Assembly (NCBI GenBank): GCA_051362555.1
Contig: CM120641.1
Location: forward strand, 23,752,401-23,816,400
Direction of reading: 5' to 3'
DNA: 64,000 nucleotides
DNA from: Lingula anatina
Taxonomy: Eukaryota > Animalia > Brachiopoda
Shown here: positions 1 to 9,948 of the stretch, piece by piece
Numbering within the stretch: position 1 is the first letter of the stretch
How the letters are laid out: each line of letters starts with the position of its first letter
Notes under the pieces: model-generated
What the model saw: only the letters and a program-made list of their open reading frames with translations
Databases searched by the model: none
Told to the model about the DNA's origin: nothing
Program-made: the position numbers and the translations under genes

Positions 1-1096
1 TTTTAAATGACCTGTTAAGTTTACTGGAAGACAAATAAGTTCCCAAGATGTTCTACTTCTAATTTATTGCTCAGCTGAAGTTATGTTATCTTTAATATCT
101 TGTTTTCAATTCACCATCACATTTGTTGAATCAATGACACCACGAAAGTTGAAGCTGAGGTTAATCTTGAAAGGTGAATTTTTGGTACTTTTGCAGTGTC
201 CTCTATCACCTCAACCCACCTTAGTGGTAATTTCAATGGTAATAAAATTAAGGTTAAGTGTTAATTTTGCTCAATGCCTCTGCTATTTAAATATATGTTT
301 GGATATTTACTTCTTAGGTTTTCATCTTTTTCCGTTAAACTTTCAAGCTCATTGATCAATGAGATTACAGCAAAATTTCTTTTCTGCATTGGTATTGACT
401 GTCATGATTACATTCCAATCGACATCAAGTTCATTGTAAAAATAAACAAATATAAGTAAATGGATTGCCAAACTAGTTTATATGAATAGCTGAGATATGC
501 TCAAAGGCACCACATAACTAAATTTAGAAAAATTATGAAAAACCAAATCACAATTCAGGTAGAGAGAATATATTACAATAAAGGTACTAGCATTAGTAAG
601 AGGATATGTTTGGCAAGTTAAACAAGGAAAATTAAAAATAGGAACATTTATGATCCAACTAATGAACATTTTTCTCATTTACAAAAGAAGAGGAACTTTA
701 CCCATCATTGTGAAATTGTCGCCCTTTCAAGCCTGAAGTATGTGAAATTATTGCTCGTAAAAAAAGCTTGTCGTAAACGAACGATTTCCGAAAACATCTA
801 ACACAAATTTGCACCCTGTTCCCAGCCATTGGCAGACAGCAACTACAGTTTTCAACCTTCAAATAAAGAAGACCTGTCTCACCTACTTCAACTTGTCGCA
901 ACTACCACATTTTTTCAAAAGGGCTGATGTGCACGTAGAGCCCTGGTTGCCCCCTTAGCTTTTTTGCATAAATTGGCAATCTTTTTCATACTGATGATAT
1001 TTAAACAAAGAATCACTCGGATTGTTGTGTCAGTAGATACAGATTAAATTAGTGATACAGAAGGATAGATTTGCTTGAAATGAAGAGAAATGAAGT

Positions 1097-1402
1097 TTTA
1101 TTCCAATTTTCAGTCTTGCATCCGATTGCATCGAGTTCCAGAATATCGTGACCTCTAACGAACGCATTTTTTAAAAACCAAGTTTCAAGAGAACATTCTC
1201 CTGTCCTCTTGTCTTGTATGGCTTAGAAGTGCCATACAAACATCAGTGTTCACAAGTTTCTCATTGACAATGTGAATAATGAAGTCAATTTTAAAGCATA
1301 CATCTCTATATCGTTACAACGTCGTGCCGTCTCTTCTCAGCAAGTGTATGAAATTCGTTAAAAAACATAGACCAGTTTATACAGCATTTACAAGTGTTTA
1401 TT
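1097..1402 (-). terminator. Candidate polyadenylation signals (AATAAA) of the hnRNP gene
   Basis: TTTATT on the + strand at 1397-1402 and 1097-1102 reads AATAAA on the - strand, downstream of the stop codon. Confidence 0.4.
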
Positions 1403-1971
1403 TTTTTTTATAAAATCAATTGCTAAAATAAGGGATCTTTTACAAACATTGGAAAGGACTTACATATACTTAATTTACACTAACTTTAGATGACAGTGTT
1501 CTAACACTAGTTATTGAAATCGATTTGACTGATCTCTGCTAGAAATTTGTGCAAAGTATGAAGAAAATCTTTAAAAAAATATTTAAAAATTGAAATGCTT
1601 GGATACAGAATGACTTGAATGCAGATCCTTCTGATCATTTCTTTGTCCTTTTGTTGGTATGTCAAATGTATTTTGTCAAAATGAAACCAAGTTTAGACAA
1701 AAATGTTCACATCAAATGGAAATAAAGTCATCGACTACAGGCTGCTGAAACACATAGAACTGAAACCACTGTTCACTTTTACTGCATCCCATCCAACCTT
1801 TTGTCACCTACATATCTTCATTCTGAAACGAAGGGAACATGAAGACAGTGAAAATGCATTACGTAATGCAAACATTTAAATGGGTCATTCTAACAGAAGC
1901 TTAAAATGATACAAAAGATTTTAAATGTTGTACCCGAAAAAGATCACATTCACACCCCATTACGACAATCT

Positions 1972-2049
1972 CTACAACAACAACAAAAAGAGGCCAAGCC
2001 TTACATGAGCTGGCTTAGAATGTAAATTGATCATAAACATTCTCCTTAC
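1972..2049 (-). other. Predicted 3'UTR intron of the hnRNP gene
   Basis: Donor GAG|GTAAGG 7 nt after the TGA stop; acceptor CTCTTTTTGTTGTTGTTGTAG| ending at 1972; 78 nt, similar to the gene's shortest introns. Confidence 0.6.
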
Positions 2050-2056
2050 CTCTCTC

Positions 2057-5000
2057 TCACTGCCTGTTATAAGGATGGTAGCCCTTGTTACCACCACCCT
2101 GAGCAGAGGAACCTGTGCTCTTCTGGGCACCATAATTACTCTGCTGACCTGAAGTTATAGTAGTTGCATAAGTATACAGAACATTTGAGAGGAAAGGCTA
2201 TATTTTCTTTCCATAAAGCTAACCTCTATTCCTTTATTTAGCAAACATAAGTGCCATTCTTCGCTAATCAAAGAAACAAACATATGCAAAGTCTGCAGGA
2301 ACATGAAGTCTGGAATTTAAGCCCTTTATTAGTACAGGAAAAGCAGAAATCAGCCACATTAAAATGGTCTTTCTACTTACTCTGATCTCCATAGCCCCAT
2401 CCACTGTAGTCATAACCTGAAAGGAGACGTAAGTGTTACAAGACGACTGTAGTCAAAAATGCTGGACTTTCACAATTCTTACGACAAGGTGGTGTATGAG
2501 CAAGGCAAGTCAGGCACTTTCCTTAAATCAAAATTCAATAGTGGGCATTACAAAAAAATACCAACTTGTTGACGTTTCTCTTTATGCAGTTTGAACCAGC
2601 CAGCTCGAGACCATTGTTTGCATTAATAGCATCAAGCTTCCCCTGTAATGCTCAACTTACCACTGTTGTCTCCACCATAGCCTCCATAACCGCCGTAGCC
2701 TCCATAACCACTCTGGTCATATCCACTCCAGCCTCCATATCCATAGCCTTGGTTGTAGTCATAGCCACCATATCCGCCATATCCACCGTATCCACCATAG
2801 CCCTGGTTATAGCCCTGGTTGTACCCACCCCAGCCCTGGTTGCCCCAGCCACCATCATAACCTGGAGGAAAAAACATGTATATAACAATATGCCTCAACA
2901 GCATCACTAGCTCACCACCTATTAACAACTTTCTGGGTTATTGATTTTTACTTCCACTTTATCATGACATCTTCATTAGACACTGTCCTTCACCAGAACT
3001 TGCATAAAATGTTTTTTAAATTAATTTGTCCTAAATATTGGGTTTGTGTTAGCTGAATGCTGAATTATACATTTAAGTGTTAAATACTTATTCCAGAAAG
3101 ATAACATAATCGATTCCTTACCGCCTCCACCACGTCCTCTTCCCCTGCCTCCAAATCCTCCTCTGCCTCCATAACCCCAACCTTCATTCTGCTTGGGTGT
3201 GGCCTTTCTCACATCAACCTACAAGTAAAACACCATCTCACAATATTAGTCCAAGAAAAAATTTTGAACTATATAGGCATCCAGCCCTCATAATGTTTAC
3301 CTGTAAACACGGCTTTACTTATCTGACATCAACCACTTGCTGACCAATGCAAACTGTGCTTTATGCAATGACAGGAATTAGCAGGGAACCTAGACAACTG
3401 GTAATAAGAAATTATGATTACAGTGGACTCCTACATAGAAGATACCCCGTTAAGGAGCCCACGGTACACCACTGTTGATTACATGCTCACTACCTCACTG
3501 TGGTTCCTTGAAAAATGAGTCCCATATTTCATGGAGACTGCAGCTGTAAAAATTGGAACAGAATGTTGGGTCAGTATTTTGGTGTTTATCTGTGTATGGC
3601 TTATAATACCAACCACCCCATTCAAATAGTTCACAAACTCCTTGAACATCAACAAAAAAATCCCTCATTAAAAAAAATATTTGAGGCAAAGATGAAGTTG
3701 TTCTACTGCTTGAACCATCAGACAAAACTTATGCTTTACCTGTAACAGAGAAAATATTTACAAATATCATGTCATTACAAATGTAAGATATAGTGTAACA
3801 AAATTGTATATTTTACCTCTTTTCCGCCAATGGTCTGTCTGGGATTTTCTACGATTTTATCAACAACCTCAGCACTCTCAAATGTAATGAAGCAAAAATT
3901 TTTCCTCTGGCCCTTCATACGGTCAAATGGAAGATCAATTTCCTCAATCTGTAAAAAATTATATTACAATTTCTGTGACATCTAATCTGTGGAAATATTA
4001 GATTGAAAACTTTGTTAACTAGCAATAATGTGAATTCTATGTATACTTTCAGAATTCTGGAGTGAAGAACCAAGAACTAACTCACATATATCTATGTTTT
4101 GATTTAAATCTTGATAAATACAAGATCCATAGTGCACATTAACCTCTAGTAACTGTTTACCTTAAAATGCTATGGAAACCAATACTTATATATTTTTTCT
4201 TAGGTACCTTTCCAAACTCTGAAAAGTATGCCCTTATATCTTCTTCTGAGAAATCTGGTTGTATTCCACCAACAAATATCTTCTTGATAGGATCCCTGCC
4301 ACCCCTAGCCTTAGCTTTCTTTGGATCTATGGTTTTACCTTGTAGAACATGGCCTTCCTTGCAATTTAATACCTGCAATGTGATGATAACAGCAATGTTT
4401 CAAAAGTTTAATTTCTACATTATATTACAGATTTAAATTATAAAGTATGGCTTCTCTTTCTCAGTTTTCAATCAAATTTTACCTTGAAAATCCTTATAGC
4501 CAGTAATTATTATTTGCATTCTGTAGGAGATTAAATAATGATAATCTGAATATCAAGTCAAATTACTTACACAATCAATACAGGAACTATCCTTGAAAAC
4601 AACGAAAGCAAATCCCCTTGATCTGCCTGAATTAGGATCCGTCTTCAATGTGCAGTCGTCAACTTCTCCAAATTTTCCAAAATAGTCTCGTAGTTCTTCT
4701 AAACAATGGAAAAAAGTAAAGGTAACACAAGTCGGTGTTTTATTAAAACTAAAGAAATGTTTAAGATATTGTTACCATTAGTTTACATATGTTAGAGATC
4801 ATTTAATTTCACTTCATACACATCTTTTAATATTTTCAAAAGAAAATCATAACTTACTAGCTGTTGTTTCCCAACTGAGACCGCCCACAAATAATTTTCT
4901 GAAAAAAAGGAAAATTGTTAAGTATTTCTTGATCTGTTCAAATGCTTAAGTTGGGCATCTTACCAATCATTGTGATCTTGGTACTTCTGCAGTACCATTG

Positions 5001-5627
5001 TATTTGAATTGTATTTGATTGTATTTGTACTCTCATTGTATTTGAATGGACCTAATTTTCTTGAAAAAAACATCCAAAAATCAAATAATAAAATGTAGAA
5101 CAAATTCATTTGAATATGAAGACATTGAGAAAAGTCTCCACACATCATATTTGGGTGGAGGTGGGATGGGGGGGATTCAAAGACCAATACAGGTTGAGAA
5201 TGATACTGCAAAATTACAAAACCTAACAAAGCTTTACGTCGTTATTCTAAATTGGGTCAAGTAGATTTTTCATGTCTGCATGATAAATTGCTAAATTTCC
5301 TTATGCTAAAATGTATAATGGCACATCTGCCTTAAGGTGCTATGAGTTTTAAGGGTTAGGTTGCACTCGTTTCCACAAAAGCTTATTTGAAATATTACTA
5401 CACACGTATCTCCAGTCAGTGAATGCGTGGGACCAAGTGGTTGGCCCCGGCCGGAATTTTTACCTATCGTCATCATCAGCTTTATGGGTATATTCTGTTC
5501 CTTGAGGTTTTTCAACAGCAGGAGTTTCTTGTGGAGTTTGTTCCTCATTGTTTTCCTCGCCGCCATAGTACTCCTGAGCCTCTTCATACTGTGCTCCGTT
5601 CTGCTCAGCAAGTTCTGTGTCCGCCAT
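2057..5627 (-). CDS. HNRNPAB: Heterogeneous nuclear ribonucleoprotein A/B / D-family (squid-like) RNA-binding protein, ~351 aa, 9 coding exons
   Basis: Exons joined in frame at GT-AG sites: 5627-5464, 4898-4858, 4698-4571, 4372-4208, 3948-3817, 3218-3122, 2861-2661, 2416-2381, 2148-2057 (1056 nt incl. TGA). Acidic N-terminus ([11 protein letters not shown]...DDDDR); RRM1 with RNP2 [11 protein letters not shown] and RNP1 RGFAFVVF; linker [17 protein letters not shown]; RRM2 with KIFVGGI and KNFCFITF; RGG box; GY-rich low-complexity tail ending [11 protein letters not shown]. The invertebrate gene is probably co-orthologous to HNRNPAB/HNRNPD/HNRNPDL, so the symbol is approximate. Confidence 0.92.
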
Positions 5628-5936
5628 TGTTTCTTTCTTCTTCAAAAGCGGGAGCACGCGGTGGTCACGTGATCGTTATCTTCGGTTTTCAAATTTTTCA
5701 TACAGTTGCTTTGCTTTATGATATATATGATTTCTTCACATTTTTAATATGTATCAAAAATTAATACTCAAAATATTCACATATGTCAATAATGGTACTC
5801 TCGCTTTTCTGTGAAGAGATTTAATTAAACGGATATAGATTAGAGGGCACCACTTGTATGTTGTGTCTCTTGGCAACGTGCAACATCAACTACAATCGTG
5901 TTTTCATTGATGGACTGTAGCATACAGGACTTGCAG
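5628..5936. promoter_or_regulatory. Bidirectional promoter region between the hnRNP gene (-) and the EF-hand gene (+)
   Basis: The two genes diverge here. CpG-containing patch with GTCACGTGA E-box (USF/CLEAR-like) at 5664-5672 next to the hnRNP ATG; X-box-like GTCTCTTGGCAAC at 5865-5877; strong donor CAG|GTAAGA at 5936/5937 suggesting a non-coding first exon of the + gene. Confidence 0.6.
5865..5877 (+). promoter_or_regulatory. RFX X-box-like motif
   Basis: GTCTCT-T-GGCAAC: a perfect RGYAAC half-site plus a degenerate GTNNCY half-site, placed just upstream of the putative first exon of a ciliary-type gene. Confidence 0.5.
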
Positions 5937-6767
5937 GTAAGAGCTACTTTATATACATGTTTCAGAATATTTATAAAATAATGATTGTCATATGGACCTT
6001 TATAAGAAAATTATGTGCATTTTACGTTCATAAGCTGAACTAAATATCAAAATTTATGTAAAATGGGTAAATATGAAGTAATATACATGAACCCAGTATT
6101 AGCTTGCCTTTTAAAAGGCAAGTAATATATGAGCTGGCCTTTAATGAAACTTGAAAGTGACTTAAATAGTTCTCACTTTGGTCTAACGTTAAGGTGTATG
6201 CAAGGCCTACATCCAGCCTTATTATATTATGTGTATAAATCTGAATAAAATTTATAACATGTAATTGATAAGCAGTAGGAATCAAAATTACACTTTAATT
6301 TAGTGAAATATTGTTTTGACAAAATTTAGGAAAAACTTGAAATTAATTTTTTTCTATTTAATTTTGGGTTACATCAGTATGAATAATAATGATACTGTTA
6401 CTGGCATTTATATTTCAAATAAGTCTTATGGTTACATGCACTCTTTAATCTTCAACATTGAATTTTGTGCAAAATGAAAATGCTGAGTGCATATGTTGTA
6501 TACAACTTGTGCACTGCTGCTTGTGTGTGTGACAAAAATATATAAGAATGTATGTTTATAGTTTTTTTTCTGAGTACTACAACACTGTTAAAAGTTTGTT
6601 AATGGCACACTTTAAAATCTCATATATAACTTTTAATATACTGTATAATGTAACATGTGCATGGATTGAATATGGTATATTTCATGCTTCAATCATATAT
6701 TATACATTTATATTTTCAGAATTAAAAGCCACACATACTGGACTAAATTTTTTAAAAAGCAGAAAAA

Positions 6768-9700
6768 ATGGCAACTGCTACAGTTGCAGAAATTGAAAAC
6801 AATATCCGCACTATTGCGCAGACAAACAGGGTCAGGATCTCAGAATTTTTCTTGGATTTTGACAAACTTAGGTCTGGATATGTAACAGGTAAGAATGTTT
6901 ATACAATTTACTGAAAATATTAAATCAGAAAGCTTTTTAAGATATCTGTGAGATAAAAAGATTAACTGTTGTTAAAAAAAGTCACCACTGCGTTGACTGC
7001 ATGTCAAATGTGAAAAAAATTGACTGTGATTTAAAATGCATTTGTAAAATACTGAAGTACTTATATATTTGATTTTTGTTTTTAACAGAAACACAATTTT
7101 TTCGGACCCTTTGGTTGAATTTGGGTGTCAAAATGACCCCAGGGGAAGAAAAACTGATGGCTGCAAAATATGACATCAACAGAAATGGCAGGCTTAATTA
7201 CAGGGTGTTCTGTGACAATATTGAAAAGGGCTTTGATCCAAACGATGTAAGAAGGGACCCAGTAACACAAAAAGTAATTCCAGAAGAATTGTAAGTTATA
7301 CAGATGTTTAGTTGCATATAAAAAAATCTACATTTGTTATTGCTTATTAACAGTAATTAAGTGTTTGTGAGTTCCTTATAAAAATCATTGCCTGATAATG
7401 ATTAAAATATTTACTTATAAATTAATTTTATATTGAGAATCACTTTTGGTGTTGTTATAGCTTTAATACATGCATATTTGTATATTTTTTGTTAAGTTTG
7501 GGAACCCAACGTTCTGTCCGCCCGTTGAGTCCAAAATCTGAAAGTCGACTTGAGGAATTGCTGAAACACATGGGTCAGTTTTACAAATACCATGGCATCA
7601 ATCTCAGGACTTGCTATGAAGATTTTGACAGACACCACATTGGAAAGGTCACAGAAAGTCAGGTGAGACTAAAAACTGGTACCTTTTTTAGTTTGTTTTG
7701 TTCTAATTCAAAAGAAAAATAATATAACAATACTGCAAACATCATGTGCCAACTTATTTCCATAAAAAAAAAAGAATAATTTATAAATAGACAGTAAAAA
7801 CTTCTGAAAAAATTACTTTTAAATCTCAAATGGATAGCATTTATATATACATTCCAATATCTGTTTCAGTTCTACCGTAATTTTCCTGGCCCTGCTGATG
7901 TTGACTCAGAGGACATGTACCTGCTGGTGATGAAGTATAGAGATCCGGGGAACCCTGGCTTGGTGGTCTACCTGAACCTTCATCATGATCTGGTGGCCAT
8001 TGCGCAGAAGATGGCACTGGCAGATACTTCTCTCTCTGACATTACAAATGTGACTGATTATCTAGTTCCTGAGGTAAGATTTCACTTTTGAAAATGAAAA
8101 ACTTTAAGTGAATATATGAACTAGAGTTCATATGCAAAGCCACTACTATTAGAATACAAAATTACACATGCACCTTGATGAAGACCAATTGTGCTAGTTT
8201 TGAAAAAAATATCAGTCATTGCCAGGTACATTAGTACATTTTGTTATATTTTATCATGAAATAATTATTTACACATATTTTATAGTCTCTTATTATATTA
8301 TTACAGCCAGAAGCAGACCCCACACTGCAGCAGAGTTTTGATAAGATTAGAGTTGCTGTATTCAAAAATGGAGTCAGGACACCAGAATTCTTCAGAGATC
8401 ATGACAAGCTAAGAAGTGGCATCATTACTGAAAACCAATTTGTCTGCGGACTGTCCCTGGCTATTGGAAAAGAAGCACAGTTGTCGAGAAATGAGATACA
8501 GAAAATTGCAGAATTCTACAAAACTCCAGATGGAAGAGTGAGATACAAAGAGTTTTGTGATATGATGGAAAATGGTAAGAATTTGAAATTAATATTTTAT
8601 ATTAGCAATTCCTTCTTGAGTCTTTAATTGTGTTCATTCTTTGTATACAAAGACACATATACTGTTGTAATGAAAGTGGATTTATATCAAGGATATACTG
8701 TAGTTATATAGTAAAATTAATTATTTTCCTTCTTTTGTAGCATTTAATATCCCTGACCTGGACAAGAAACCAACAGAAAGTGTTGTCAGACCCCCAAGAG
8801 GAGCCTTGTCTAGGGTGAGCTTTTACATTTATCAAATAAAAAATTCATGCTGTAGCATTTACAACTACATGGGTTGATGAAAATGTACAACAGAACTTTA
8901 ATTATAAATAAATATGCTGTTGAGCAGTGAAATAGTATGACTACTCATAAAATAATGAAGATATTTGGATGAGCCCAAGTTTCTCTTACATATACTACAT
9001 CATTGCCAATAGAATATATGCAGGACAGATTTAGCATCCCTCAAAACAAAAGTAGCATGCTACTAAGCAAGCCCTAGCTTGGTAAAAGCACAATTTGTTT
9101 TGTCAAAATATGCAAATGAAGCAAAGATAATCATGTTATGTACTCAGTAATAAAGGGGCATAAAACAACAAAAGTAAGGGTTATTTGAGAATGATGGTAA
9201 CAAACATTGCTGTTGTTTTTTCCCCCAGACTTTAAAAGGCATGACTCCTGAGGAAGAGGAGAGAGTGGTGAAAGTGGTCAATGAGATTGCAGACCAAGTG
9301 GCCAAGAGAAGACTAATGATGTATCAGTATTTCAAGGATTTTGACAGGGTAAGTGATTCTAAGATTATTAGTTTTGTTGTTTTAATAGATTCTGAAACTC
9401 AAGTTAATAAGTTTTGTAAATAGTACCAACAACAGAAGTATTCTTAAAAACTAAATGGGGAAAAAAGTATGAAAGTCATATTTTAATTTGTGCTGTTTGT
9501 ACACTGATTTAATTTATTGTGGACGTGTACATTTATTTTACAAACAGGGCCGTGGATACACCAGAGTTATAACAAAGACCCAGTTTGGCCGTCTGCTTCA
9601 CTTCTTGTCTCTGAATGTGACATCTGAAGACTTCAAGCTTCTGTGCAGAAAGTTTGAAGACCCTGCCACGGGGGACGTCAACTACCCAGCCTTTGTGCAG

Positions 9701-9916
9701 ACAGTGGACAGAGGTCAGTATAGATACTTCTTGTATCGGATGGTAGAATTTAGTGACTGTTTTTTAAACTCATTTTCTATTTATTTTTTGTTTATTATGA
9801 TTATTCTATTTATTTGTTTTTTTTATGATTATTATTATTATTTTAACAAATTTAATTATTATTTTTTCATTAATTCATTAATTTTATTTTTTATATATTT
9901 ACTTTTTTCTTTTTTT

Positions 9917-9948
<32 letters not shown>

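Noticed and set aside
698-901. Minus-strand 67-aa ORF ending at a donor-like GG|GTAAAG
   Set aside because: Non-ATG start, no recognisable motif and no linked exon found. It could be a first exon of a downstream gene but cannot be supported.
2566-2910. Plus-strand hydrophobic 114-aa ORF
   Set aside because: Antisense shadow of the Gly/Tyr-rich hnRNP exon 7.
3476-3497. let-7-like sequence TGAGGTAGT on the minus strand of hnRNP intron 5
   Set aside because: Only the first 9 nt match let-7, and the would-be mature arm is poorly paired in the local hairpin. It is better explained as overlapping splice-donor motifs.
5423-5764. Plus-strand ORFs overlapping hnRNP exon 1
   Set aside because: Antisense shadows of the coding exon with non-ATG starts.
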